From: Candidatus Binataceae bacterium
GTDB lineage: Bacteria > Desulfobacterota > Binatia > Binatales > Binataceae
Direction of reading: 5' to 3'
Assembly (NCBI GenBank): GCA_052146355.1
Contig: JBKQNE010000082.1
Span: 1-24,000 of the forward strand
DNA: 24,000 nt
Numbering within the stretch: position 1 is the stretch's first letter; every line of letters begins with the position of its first letter. The notes beneath the pieces were generated by a model. It saw only the letters and a list, made by a program, of their open reading frames with translations. It did no database searches and was not told the DNA's origin. Position numbers and translations under genes: made by a program. This document shows, piece by piece, positions 1 through 8,558 of this stretch.

Positions 1-519
1 TTCGATGAGCGCGATTGGGGGACCTTGAAGCGCCTACAGGTCAGTGGTGCGCCGCTCACAGGTCTGCTGCTGGGAAAATTATTCGCGCGGTTCATCGTCG
101 GGATCGTGCAAATGGTGTTGCTATTCGCGGTCGGATTGGCGCTGTTCGGAATCTCGCTCGGGCGCAATCCTCTAGCCTTGATCATACCGACGGTCGGGAT
201 CTCTTTCGCGGCTGCAGCGCTAGCACTGGTGGTCGCTTCTATTGCAACCGCGCACGACTCGGTGATGTCGTTGGGCGTGACCATCAGCATGGCGATGGCG
301 GCAATCGGCGGATGCTGGTGGCCGCTGGACTTTGAGCCCGGATGGATGCGCGAACTCGCTCGATGGTTACCAACGACATGGACGATGCAGGCGTTCAACG
401 ATTTGATGATTCGCAACCAGCCGCCGTCCGCGGCGTTGCTGCCCTTGGCGGCAACCATTGGCATAGGGGTAATCTTCATCGTGGCAGGACTTCTCCGTTT
501 CCTGAGTCTCGATGACTAG
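1..519 (+). CDS. ABC-2 type transporter permease, C-terminal part (5' end outside window)
   Basis: Frame 1 is open from base 1 (FDERDWGTLKRLQ...) to TAG at 517-519. The product is a series of hydrophobic helices (LLFAVGLALFGISL, ALALVVASIAT, IGIGVIFIVAGLL) typical of the C-terminal half of ABC-2 exporter permeases. There is no start codon in the window. Confidence 0.7.
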   Translation, partial: FDERDWGTLKRLQVSGAPLTGLLLGKLFARFIVGIVQMVLLFAVGLALFGISLGRNPLALIIPTVGISFAAAALALVVASIATAHDSVMSLGVTISMAMAAIGGCWWPLDFEPGWMRELARWLPTTWTMQAFNDLMIRNQPPSAALLPLAATIGIGVIFIVAGLLRFLSLDD

Positions 520-524
520 AAGGC

Positions 525-1004
525 ATGAGGATATTCAAGATTCAACTCCCGATGGTGTTGCTAGTAGATCTAGCTCTCTTGTTTGTGGGTTGTTCAAGTT
601 CGCAGCAGACGGCCGCTCCCGAGACGACCGCTCAACGTTCCACGAACGCAGTTAGTACCGATCCGCAAGTGAACGCAATCCTTGAGCAATCGTGTTACGA
701 GTGCCATTCGACCGGCGGAAGCGCACCCTGGTACGCGTCCGTTTCACCGACGTACCTCGCGGCCAACTCGGCGCGTGGGGTGCTGAATTTTTCCGATTGG
801 CAAACTTATGACGCGCAGAAAAAAGCCGATGCACTAAAGAATATCGAGCAGACCGTCAGCGGCGGTTCGATGCCGCCCAGAGACTACACGGCGCTCGATC
901 ACTCTGCGCGTCTGGCCGACGACCAGAAGCAGGCGCTGCTGAAGTGGGCATCGCAGCCCGCACTGCCTGCACACGGACTCACACTACGAAATAAATCGTT
1001 GTAG
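525..1004 (+). CDS. lipoprotein with haem-binding (CxxCH) domain
   Basis: ATG lies 6 nt after the upstream stop. The N-terminus has a lipobox-like LFVGC. It carries a single CYECH haem c attachment motif and a downstream SGGSMPP segment, as in small haem-binding-domain proteins. Confidence 0.65.
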   Translation: MRIFKIQLPMVLLVDLALLFVGCSSSQQTAAPETTAQRSTNAVSTDPQVNAILEQSCYECHSTGGSAPWYASVSPTYLAANSARGVLNFSDWQTYDAQKKADALKNIEQTVSGGSMPPRDYTALDHSARLADDQKQALLKWASQPALPAHGLTLRNKSL

Positions 1005-1016
1005 GGTGAGGAGACA

Positions 1017-1730
1017 ATGAACTTAAAGGAGGCAAGAGACTCATCGACCCTCGAGTTGATGCATGCCTCAACCGGCTTCTGGACCGAAGTTTTGAGCATG
1101 GCGCGCCGGGTCATAAATGTCATTGGAAGTTGCGCCTTCGCATACCTGCTGACCATAGCGGTCTTGGTTCATGGTGCGGCGTCGGCGGAATTGCGGTCTG
1201 GAACGCTTGAACTCGACCCATCAAAGACACTGATTGAATTTCGTTTGCCGGGTGCCTTACACACTACACATGGAACTTTCAAACTTGAACGAGGAACCAT
1301 CATCGCGGACCCCGCTACTGGAAAAGCTGGCGGTTCCATCGTCATCGACGCCAGGAGTGGCGACACGGGCATCGGCGCGCGTGACAATGAGATGCGAGAG
1401 AGTGTTCTTGAGGTTCAGAAGTACCCGGAGATCACTTTCACGCCGCAGCAAGTGACCGGTCAGTTAGGGAAAGACGGTGAATTTCAGGCAAAGCTGCAGG
1501 GAGTTCTGACCCTTCACGGTGCCGGACATCAAATCGTCATCGAGGTTCAGGGTCGGCTCAATGGAGACAACCTCGATGCCACGGGGCGTTTCTCCATACC
1601 GTACGTCGCTTGGGGTATGGAGGATCCGAGCGTTCTATTCCTGACCGTCGCGAAGCAGGTTGAAATCGACATCACCACCGCGGGCCATGTTGTTTGGACC
1701 GGAGAACCGGCCGGAGGTTCCGGCAAGTAA
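1017..1730 (+). CDS. YceI-like family protein (periplasmic lipid/polyisoprenoid-binding fold)
   Basis: ATG 1017 is preceded by GAGGAG 4 nt upstream. The product has a hydrophobic signal/anchor (CAFAYLLTIAVLVHGAASA). It also has YceI-type blocks (IEFRL...HGTF, IDARSGDTGIGARDNEM, YPEITF, LTLHG). An alternative ATG at 1098 would give a classic signal peptide. Confidence 0.75.
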   Translation: MNLKEARDSSTLELMHASTGFWTEVLSMARRVINVIGSCAFAYLLTIAVLVHGAASAELRSGTLELDPSKTLIEFRLPGALHTTHGTFKLERGTIIADPATGKAGGSIVIDARSGDTGIGARDNEMRESVLEVQKYPEITFTPQQVTGQLGKDGEFQAKLQGVLTLHGAGHQIVIEVQGRLNGDNLDATGRFSIPYVAWGMEDPSVLFLTVAKQVEIDITTAGHVVWTGEPAGGSGK

Positions 1731-1779
1731 GGCGGCAGACAACGGTCGTGGAGCCGCCAGGGGACCGACTCTGAGAACG

Positions 1780-1809
1780 GATGAGACTCGGTTCCACCCA
1801 GGTCTCATC
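1780..1809 (+). terminator. stem-loop between convergent genes (possible terminator)
   Basis: GATGAGAC (1780-1787) pairs perfectly with GTCTCATC (1802-1809) around a 14-nt loop. It is followed by AACGCATTCATTTTCAG. It lies between the YceI stop and the stop of the minus-strand sulfotransferase gene. Confidence 0.35.
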
Positions 1810-1845
1810 AACGCATTCATTTTCAGTCGTTCTGCACTGGTAGAG

Positions 1846-2505
1846 CTAGGACTGAGAACTTCTTCGAATTGATTCACGCATGCGGCCGATCATCGCTTGC
1901 GTCGATGCCGTGTCGTTGAGCCGCGGAAACGGCTCGCTGGGTACCGGCACTTCGAGAAAGGGGCACAGCGGCGTCCATCCCTCGCGCACGTCGAACACGA
2001 GCAGACGCGCCGGGTCGATCGTATCGCGGACTTCTTGATTGTGACGCTTGAAGACCTCGATCGCGTGCGCTTTGTCCTCGAACCGGTTGTCGAAAATGTC
2101 GGCCAGGATTGCTTTTCGCGCCATCTCGTTCTGGAGCCTGACAATTTCGGGCACGTTTTCTCGCACCGGCCATTTCATAGGCTGGTAGATGGTGTCGTTC
2201 ATGCTCTGGTACCAGGCTTCCGGGTCGCGCACCGACAGCAATACCTTGGCGTCCGAAAAGTGATTGGCGATTTCGCGCCACCATCGTGCCGCCGGCCAAT
2301 CGACCGTCGCCTGGAAGTCGCGAAAGATCAGGTCCCAATCGATCGAACGCTCGAATGCCAGCCGATGCCACATCGCCACGTGGTCCGGGCGGGGAAAAAC
2401 CTCCGCCATGTGGTAGCAGGGACCGAAGCCGAGTTTTTCCAGCGCGTTCTTGAGTGAGAGCGTGCCGGTCCGGCCGAATCCGGCGCCAACGACTTTCAAT
2501 GCCAT
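1846..2505 (-). CDS. sulfotransferase family protein
   Basis: N-terminal GAGFGRTGTLSLKNALEKLGFGPCYHM is the PAPS/P-loop-like block of the bacterial Sulfotransfer_4-type family. AGGAG lies upstream of the ATG. Size of 219 aa fits. Confidence 0.7.
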   Translation of the reverse strand: MALKVVGAGFGRTGTLSLKNALEKLGFGPCYHMAEVFPRPDHVAMWHRLAFERSIDWDLIFRDFQATVDWPAARWWREIANHFSDAKVLLSVRDPEAWYQSMNDTIYQPMKWPVRENVPEIVRLQNEMARKAILADIFDNRFEDKAHAIEVFKRHNQEVRDTIDPARLLVFDVREGWTPLCPFLEVPVPSEPFPRLNDTASTQAMIGRMRESIRRSSQS

Positions 2506-2661
2506 CTGAGGACTCCTGGGAGAATCAGCGTCCCTTTACAACAATTCGGTAATCAATGTCGATGCGCAGCGGCGCGGCGCACGCGGCCCTTGCTCCTTGA
2601 GCCAGCCTGTGCGACTCACCGTCAGACTTCATTCTTTCCTGTTGCCCGCCGGGAGATTGCG

Positions 2662-3408
2662 ATGCTGCGACAAATGAATTCATTCGACGGCAAACGGCTG
2701 CTCGCGCTCGTACGCGAAGGTGACTACGCGCATGCGGGCGAGGAGGGCGCCATCGAGAAAGTGTTCAGCGTCATTCCCAGGCGCCCCGATCAATCGATGC
2801 TTGACGTCGGATGCGGCCGCGGTGGCACTGCCAACTACCTGTGGCGGGGAGGATGGGGTCGTGTGGCGGGGATCGACCGCGACCGCGATTCGATTGAGTA
2901 TGCTCGCGCCCACTATCCGGATATCCAGTTCGATGCCTGCGACGTATCGGACGTTTCTCGCGTCGTCACAGGCCGATTCGATGTAATCTACATGCTGAAT
3001 GCCTACTACGCTTTCGATGCGCAACGCGCTGCGCTTGCGGCTCTGCGACAAGTCGCGGCTGACGGAGCACGATTGTTGATCTTCGACTATCTCGATCGAG
3101 GCGGCTTCGCTGAAGATCCTCTGGTGGTAAGTGGCGATACCATCGTTCCGCATCCAATCGATCTCTCCCGGACCCCGGCAGATCTCGCAGGCGCGGGCTG
3201 GAAGCTGATATCAAGCGAGGGGCTGAACAACGAGTACCGGCAATGGTACGCCGACCTAGTCAGACGAATCGAGCTCAAGCGCGCGGAGATCATCGCGATC
3301 GGCGGCGAGGATGCATTTGCCTATATGCTCGCCGTCTACGGCGGGATGCTCGAAAAGATTCAGCGCGGGCTGTTGGGCGGCGTCTTACTCAACATCGCCG
3401 CAAGCTAG
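2662..3408 (+). CDS. class I SAM-dependent methyltransferase
   Basis: Motif I MLDVGCGRGGTANYL, post-I acidic GIDRD, and a later LLIFDY block. ATG 2662 has GGGAG 7 nt upstream. The track's TTG at 2590 would add an unlikely 24-aa extension. Confidence 0.8.
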   Translation: MLRQMNSFDGKRLLALVREGDYAHAGEEGAIEKVFSVIPRRPDQSMLDVGCGRGGTANYLWRGGWGRVAGIDRDRDSIEYARAHYPDIQFDACDVSDVSRVVTGRFDVIYMLNAYYAFDAQRAALAALRQVAADGARLLIFDYLDRGGFAEDPLVVSGDTIVPHPIDLSRTPADLAGAGWKLISSEGLNNEYRQWYADLVRRIELKRAEIIAIGGEDAFAYMLAVYGGMLEKIQRGLLGGVLLNIAAS

Positions 3409-3503
3409 AGCCGGGTCAGCCATTCGCCAAAGCGTGCCAGCGGAAACTATTGAGTCTTGCATACGATAGTTACAGCGACTGGGATCTCGCCGTCCTGGGT
3501 TGT

Positions 3504-3608
3504 CATTCCCGCGCGCGTGGTTGCCGCGCGTGAGGAATCCCGAATTCTCGTACCGCGGCAGGACAAAAAAGCGAGGGATTCCTCGCGCGGCAACCACACG
3601 TGGGAATG
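3504..3608. repeat. 105-bp imperfect inverted repeat (large hairpin / REP- or MITE-like element) between convergent genes
   Basis: Left arm 3504-3541 is CATTCCCGCGCGCGTGGTTGCCGCGCGTGAGGAATCCC. The right arm 3575-3608 reverse-complements to CATTCCCACGTGTGGTTGCCGCGCGAGGAATCCC. This gives perfect blocks of 7, 13 and 9 bp separated by small bulges, with a 33-nt loop containing an A6 run. Confidence 0.8.
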
Positions 3609-3657
3609 GCAGAAAAGCAGATTCGCTGGAGTCGACTGTCGCTGTAATCCGCGGGGC

Positions 3658-4089
3658 TCAATGGCGCGGAATATCGCCGGGGCCGCGGAACGGCGGCTTG
3701 ACCTCGCTGATAGTAGCGATCTTCCACGCTTGGTTTTCGCGGCGGACGAGATAGCACGCGCGAACTTCCTCGAGCACCGTTGCGTCGGCTTTGAAGCGAA
3801 TCACGTCGGCCACGATCATCCCGAGATTATCGTCCAGCGGCCATGACTTGATGCGAACAATATCCGAACGTGCCCAGCCTCGGCCCTTTAGTGCGGCCAT
3901 GATACCGCGGAAATCGGTTGCATAGGCGGCGTCGTTCGCGACGACGTTGATTCCCCGCGCGCCGGTGATCGAAACGTAAGGCCGCGTGAAGCAGTCCAGA
4001 AAGCGGTCGAAATTCTCACTGTTGAACAGGTCGATATAGTTTCTGTAGAAGCCTTCCAGCTCCAGCTCGATATCTTTCGATGTGCCCAC
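3658..4089 (-). CDS. NTF2-like / SnoaL-like small protein (function unknown)
   Basis: 143-aa soluble protein with an N-terminal helix (FYRNYIDLFNSENFDRFLDCF) followed by beta-strand-rich sequence and a late W (QAWKIATI), as in NTF2-fold proteins. GTG start. It sits immediately downstream of the epimerase gene on the same strand. Confidence 0.5.
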   Translation of the reverse strand: MGTSKDIELELEGFYRNYIDLFNSENFDRFLDCFTRPYVSITGARGINVVANDAAYATDFRGIMAALKGRGWARSDIVRIKSWPLDDNLGMIVADVIRFKADATVLEEVRACYLVRRENQAWKIATISEVKPPFRGPGDIPRH

Positions 4090-4128
4090 GATGGTTTTCC
4101 TATTGAACGAGAAAACGATAATCGCGAA

Positions 4129-5241
4129 TCACCGCCATCGCTCCGATCTGGGTTTTCCTCCCGGCCCGCTGTAGGTCGCCGTGTATCCGGGTTCGACCTG
4201 GAACGTTATGCGCGGCATTTTTTCGCACAACGCCTTCCAGCTCGCGATCAACTCGTCCTCCGCCGCATAGTCGAAAGGGTCCTGCAGAATAGTTTCGCCC
4301 GCGCCCCCCGGCTCTATCGGATGGTCCCTCAGCCATTCTGCCGTAATCGTCATGCCGCGCTCGGGCGCGACGAGGTCGGAATAGCCCAGGTGCGTCTCTA
4401 TTTTCGTCAGGTCCAACACGCGATGAGTCGTCCAGGGCTGCGAAATCATCGGACGCGCCGGAACCGCGAACTGCCACGGCATCGAAACGATTTCGATCTC
4501 GCGGCCCAGCGCTTTCGCGATTACCTCAACGATTTGGCGCAAGCTGAGCAGGTGCTCGTCGCCGCAATTGTAAATCTGCCCCGCCGCCGGATGCGGCCGA
4601 TCGACCGCGAGCAGCACGGCGTGCGCCGCGTTTTCGACATATGCGGAATGATTCAGTGAGAGGCCGTCCTCGGGAACAACGATTGAGCGGCGCCCATCGA
4701 GTATTCGCCGCACGACACACCATTCGCGCGGCGCAACCTGGTAAGGGCCGTAGAGGAACGGATAGCGGAAATGCGTCGCCTGCGGATGCAGCTTGAATAC
4801 GTGTTCCTCGGTCTGCGCAACCCGCCATCCTTTCGCATCTTCCGCTTCGATCGAAACGACCGGCGCATTTTCTGCCGTCGGCACCGGCATGCCCTGCGGT
4901 TCCAGAACCGCCGGGTTCATGTAGCCGCGATACGCGGGCGCTCCTCCGATCGACATGAAGCGGCCGGTGCGACCGGCCATGATTTCCGCGATGCGCCGCA
5001 GCCGCCCATAGGTGACAATCGTCAAATCGAAGGTTCGGTTTCCCAGGGTACCGCGCAGTGCGTCTTCGGAGAATGGATCGGAGTGGAGGTGTTCTACCGT
5101 CTTCGGGATTTCATCGACCTCATGCCGGCCGGTGTGCAGTATCGCAACCTCGTAGCCGCGGGCGATCAAACCGTTGACGATGAAATGACCTGTCGGCCCG
5201 GTACCGCCGATAACCAGCGCTTTCAACTCCGATCTCCCCAA
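4129..5241 (-). CDS. NAD-dependent epimerase/dehydratase family protein (extended SDR)
   Basis: N-terminal Rossmann motif KALVIGGTGPTGHFIVNGLIARGYEV. Length of about 365 aa fits. A TTG at 5226 preceded by GGGGAGA would give the typical MKALVIGGTG N-terminus, so the start is uncertain by 15 nt. Confidence 0.8.
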   Translation of the reverse strand: MGRSELKALVIGGTGPTGHFIVNGLIARGYEVAILHTGRHEVDEIPKTVEHLHSDPFSEDALRGTLGNRTFDLTIVTYGRLRRIAEIMAGRTGRFMSIGGAPAYRGYMNPAVLEPQGMPVPTAENAPVVSIEAEDAKGWRVAQTEEHVFKLHPQATHFRYPFLYGPYQVAPREWCVVRRILDGRRSIVVPEDGLSLNHSAYVENAAHAVLLAVDRPHPAAGQIYNCGDEHLLSLRQIVEVIAKALGREIEIVSMPWQFAVPARPMISQPWTTHRVLDLTKIETHLGYSDLVAPERGMTITAEWLRDHPIEPGGAGETILQDPFDYAAEDELIASWKALCEKMPRITFQVEPGYTATYSGPGGKPRSERWR

Positions 5242-5408
5242 CTGCTGCGACGACTTGGAATGTCTCCGCCCGATTCATAGCACGGTCCGGGTCAGAATTT
5301 CCTTGTGAGGCGGAGGCGCGAAAGTCTTTGGTCGGATGCAGCCTTTGGCGTCAGCCGGGAACGACGGCGGGCGCCGATGTGGCGCCCGCCGATCGTTGAC
5401 GAAGCGGA

Positions 5409-7529
5409 CTAGTGGCAAAGCGTGCCATTCAAGTAAAAGGCGCTTGGCGCCTGGTTCACGCCGCTGTACGTAGCGTTGAACCCGATTCTCGGCTGGCTGC
5501 CGCCCGCGGAAATGACCGGATTCCAGGTGGCGTTGGTCAGCGTGGCGTTGCGGCCGCTTTGGATCGAGGTCGCATTCCACGCGCCACCGCTGATCGTTTG
5601 ATTACCCGCCCACGCCCACGTTAGCTGCCATCCGCTGATCGCGGTGCTCCCCGTGTTGCTCACCGTGAGTGCTGCCGTAAAGCCGCTGCCCCAATCACTG
5701 CTGACGCCGTAATTGACGTGGCAGCTTGCTCCGCCTTGCGGTGTCGGTGTCGCGGTGGGTTGCGGCGTCGGCGTCGCTGTCGGCACCGGTGTCGGAGTTG
5801 CGATCGGGGTCGGCGTAGGTGTGGGAGCCGGACTCGAGCCCGATGCGCACAGCGTCCCATTCAGGTAGAAAGCGGTCGGCGCTTGATTGACTCCGCTGTA
5901 TGCGGCGTTGAAACCGATGCCGGTCTGGCTGCCGCCCGCGGAAATGGTGGGATTCCAGGTGGCGTTGCTCAGCGTGGCGTTGTGACCGCTCTGAACGGAG
6001 TTGGCGTTCCACGCCGCGCCGCTGATCGTCTGATTACCCGGCCACACCCACGTTAGTTGCCATCCGTTGACCGCGCTGCTTCCGGTGTTGCTCACCGTCA
6101 GTGCTGCCGTGAATCCGCTGCCCCAATCATTGCCGACGCTGTATGCGACGCGGCAGCTCGACGCGCCACTAATTGGCGTTGATGTTGAGGTTGGTTGCGG
6201 AGTGGCTGTTGGCTTTGGAGTGGCCGTAGGAGAGGGAGTGGGCTTGGGAGTAGCGGTCGGCGAGGGCGTCGCCGATCCAGTAGGTGTCGGCGTTGGAGTC
6301 GCACCCGAGGATTGAAATTGAATGCCCGCGAGCATCTGCTGCTTTTCGGCACTGACCGGTGTGGGATCGTAGTTGCTATCGAGCAACGCGTAACTGTCTT
6401 CGCCGTTAAGCGCCCAGTAGGTCCAGTTGAGTTGGCTGTTGGCTTGCAGGAAGCCGACCAGAGTTTCAAACCATTGCCCTTGAGATCCCGCGGCGCTGCT
6501 CTGAATATCGGAAGCATTGTTGGTCGTGCCGAATTCGCCGAGCCACACCGGCGCGACACCGTTGAGACTCAAATACGCCCAATATTTGGTCCACACCTGC
6601 TCCAGGCTGGTGGGCGTGGTGCTGGAGTTGAACCAGTTCTGCACGTAGAGATTCGGCCCGTAGTCGTGCGCCGAATAGATCAGCTGGTTGGGTGTCGAGA
6701 GCACTACCGGCGAATTCGCCGCGCCCTCCAGGTTGCCGCCCCACCAATCGCAATCGCCGTTGTAGCAATCTGTCCCTTCAACGGCGATCAGGAGTTGCGG
6801 ATTTACCGCCAGAACCGCATTGCCCCCGCGCTCCGCCGCGAGATGCCAATCGTTGGTGATCGTGCCGCAATCCCAGCACGCGCCGCCGCTCGTCGCATTG
6901 TGCGGCTCGTTGCGCAGATCGACGCCGATCACCGTCGGGTTGTTCTGATAGCGCTGCGCGAGCATCGTCCAGTCCTGGATCCACGCGCTTTCCGGATACT
7001 GGGCCGTGTACCAAAGGCCGCTGTCTTCCGCACTGTTGCCGGCCTCGGAACGATGGTTGTCCAGGATCACGCGCAGGCCGAGTGATCCAGCGGCGTCGAT
7101 TATCTGATCCAGAATTTGGAGCGAATTAAGACCCTGCAGCTCGGTATTGATAGCGCCGCCGCTGCCGGAATAGCTGATGTTGGTAGGAACGATCGGCTGC
7201 TCGACCATCTGGTTGGAAAATGGAATCCGGATGACGTTGTAGCCGTTGTTCTTGATCGCGTTCAGAATCGCTTTGTAGTCCTGCGCCCAAAGGCCGTGTG
7301 CTATCTCGTCGGTGGTTTCGAACCCGTACCAGTTGATGCCGGAAATTCGAACCGGATGATTGTTGGAATCGAGAATCTGGCCGCCGCTGGTGTGCCAGTA
7401 GCCGGCCGATTGCGCGCTCGCGGGCGCCGACAGGAGCATGCAGGCGATCAACACCGCCGCGATGCGCCAGCAATGAACGCGCGCGGAATTGAAACCCGCC
7501 GCGCGTACGCCACCAAGAAATCGATTCAT
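5409..7529 (-). CDS. secreted glycoside hydrolase family 5 endoglucanase with two C-terminal CBM2 carbohydrate-binding modules
   Basis: ATG 7529 has GGGAGG upstream and a signal peptide (AAVLIACMLLSAPASA). GH5 blocks are GINWYGFET, the acid/base LRNEPH and the nucleophile WLGEFG. Two Pro/Thr-rich linkers are each followed by a 103-aa Cys-to-Cys CBM2 module (C..Y.V..DWGSGF...V.N.G....GW.L.W......I...WN...) . Confidence 0.85.
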   Translation of the reverse strand: MNRFLGGVRAAGFNSARVHCWRIAAVLIACMLLSAPASAQSAGYWHTSGGQILDSNNHPVRISGINWYGFETTDEIAHGLWAQDYKAILNAIKNNGYNVIRIPFSNQMVEQPIVPTNISYSGSGGAINTELQGLNSLQILDQIIDAAGSLGLRVILDNHRSEAGNSAEDSGLWYTAQYPESAWIQDWTMLAQRYQNNPTVIGVDLRNEPHNATSGGACWDCGTITNDWHLAAERGGNAVLAVNPQLLIAVEGTDCYNGDCDWWGGNLEGAANSPVVLSTPNQLIYSAHDYGPNLYVQNWFNSSTTPTSLEQVWTKYWAYLSLNGVAPVWLGEFGTTNNASDIQSSAAGSQGQWFETLVGFLQANSQLNWTYWALNGEDSYALLDSNYDPTPVSAEKQQMLAGIQFQSSGATPTPTPTGSATPSPTATPKPTPSPTATPKPTATPQPTSTSTPISGASSCRVAYSVGNDWGSGFTAALTVSNTGSSAVNGWQLTWVWPGNQTISGAAWNANSVQSGHNATLSNATWNPTISAGGSQTGIGFNAAYSGVNQAPTAFYLNGTLCASGSSPAPTPTPTPIATPTPVPTATPTPQPTATPTPQGGASCHVNYGVSSDWGSGFTAALTVSNTGSTAISGWQLTWAWAGNQTISGGAWNATSIQSGRNATLTNATWNPVISAGGSQPRIGFNATYSGVNQAPSAFYLNGTLCH
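5415..6155 (-). repeat. intragenic tandem duplication: CBM2 copy 2 (5415-5723), PT linker (5724-5846), CBM2 copy 1 (5847-6155)
   Basis: The two 309-nt modules are clearly alignable at DNA level. For example, CTGATCGTTTGATTACCCGCCCACGCCCACGTTAGCTGCCATCCGCTGATCGCGGTGCT matches CTGATCGTCTGATTACCCGGCCACACCCACGTTAGTTGCCATCCGTTGACCGCGCTGCT. Confidence 0.85.
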
Positions 7530-7621
7530 TTGCCAACCTCCCGGTCGGAATTTACGGCTGTACAAGCGGCGCCTTTTCAACCGCGTTTGCGTCCGTGAAT
7601 GATTTGACGTTGGCAACACTA

Positions 7622-7640
7622 GATGCATTCAAAGTGCATC
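7622..7640. promoter_or_regulatory. palindrome GATGCA-N7-TGCATC, candidate operator in the GH5/TetR divergent intergenic region
   Basis: GATGCATTCAAAGTGCATC has perfect 6-bp arms. It shares the core ATGCA-N7-TGCAT with a second site at 7700-7716. Confidence 0.35.
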
Positions 7641-7699
7641 GATTGCTCGCGCGCCAGCGGCTTCAGCCTTGAAAAGACTGGCCCGCCGGCGCAGGATAG

Positions 7700-7716
7700 A
7701 TGCACAGCAAATGCAT
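7700..7716. promoter_or_regulatory. second ATGCA-N7-TGCAT palindrome, candidate operator
   Basis: ATGCACAGCAAATGCAT. It has the same half-sites, the same 7-nt spacer and the same AG 5' flank as the site at 7622-7640. Confidence 0.3.
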
Positions 7717-7817
7717 AAAGAATTCGGGGACTTAGCGAGTTTGCGGCCGCGCATTGATGCGGTCGCGATGCCATCCGGCGGGCGTCACCGGGGCCTGCGG
7801 AGCGTGCCAGGAGCAGC

Positions 7818-8468
7818 GTGAAACCGCGCACAGGGCGAAGGGCTCCGAAAGCCATGGACGGCCGAGTGGCCCGCGGACAGAAGGTTCGCGACGCCATCCT
7901 CAGGGCGATGCTCGATTTGATCCAGGCGGGCAACCTGCGTCCCACTTCGCCGGAGATTGCGAAGCAAGCGCACGTGTCGCTGCGCGCCGTCTTCAATCAT
8001 TTCAAAGACGCGGAAGGCCTGCGCGCCGCCGCATTCCAGTTCCAGGCGCGGGAAGAGGCGCAGCAACTGCTGACGCAGATTCCGCCGGATCGTCCCCTTG
8101 GCGACCGAATCGAAGCATATGCCGACGAGCAGGCCGGTTTGCTCGAAGCGGTAGCGCCGTTTCGGCGCGCTGCAAACGTGTTCGAGCCTTTCTCGCCGGA
8201 GGTAGGCGAGGGACTTCGCCTTTCACGTGAGCGGACCCGCAAGCGAATCGAGGAAGTGTTCAAGAATGAATTCGCTTCGCTCGATAGCACCCATCGGCGC
8301 GAACTCCTCGCGATGCTGGTCCTGGCCTGTAGCTGGCCCGCGTGGGACACCCTGCGGACCACACTGAAACTGAGCTCGTCGCAGGCCCGCAACGCAACGG
8401 CAGAGTTGCTACGGCGTATTTTCCAACCGATGCTGCTCCAAACGAAAGCACCCAGCGCCTCGAATTGA
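7818..8468 (+). CDS. TetR/AcrR family transcriptional regulator
   Basis: N-terminal HTH region VRDAILRAMLDLIQAGNLRPTSPEIAKQAHVSLRAVFNHFKDAEGL, followed by an all-helical C-terminal domain. GTG 7818 has AGGAG 4 nt upstream; ATG 7854 is an alternative start. Confidence 0.85.
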   Translation: MKPRTGRRAPKAMDGRVARGQKVRDAILRAMLDLIQAGNLRPTSPEIAKQAHVSLRAVFNHFKDAEGLRAAAFQFQAREEAQQLLTQIPPDRPLGDRIEAYADEQAGLLEAVAPFRRAANVFEPFSPEVGEGLRLSRERTRKRIEEVFKNEFASLDSTHRRELLAMLVLACSWPAWDTLRTTLKLSSSQARNATAELLRRIFQPMLLQTKAPSASN

Positions 8469-8469
8469 C
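8437..8469 (+). repeat. 33-nt direct repeat, copy 1 (overlaps the 3' end of the TetR gene)
   Basis: TCCAAACGAAAGCACCCAGCGCCTCGAATTGAC matches TCCAGACGAAAGCGCCCAGCGCCTCGAACTGAC at 9000-9032, 30 of 33 identical. Confidence 0.8.
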
Positions 8470-8558
8470 CTGATCCTGGCCTGCGAAGTACCGTGCCGAT
8501 CGATCGGTCCCCGCAGTGACGGTAGCTTGTTCGTATCTGCGAAAAAGACGAGGGTACG

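Noticed and set aside
5724-6311. Pro/Thr-encoding repetitive DNA as a non-coding tandem repeat
   Set aside because: It lies in frame inside the GH5 gene and encodes standard PT linkers between domains.
6195-7085. 296-aa plus-strand ORF, plus other ORFs overlapping the GH5 gene (5660-6559, 6466-7014, 7116-7598)
   Set aside because: They are antisense or out of frame relative to the GH5-CBM2 gene, whose catalytic and CBM motifs define the true frame.
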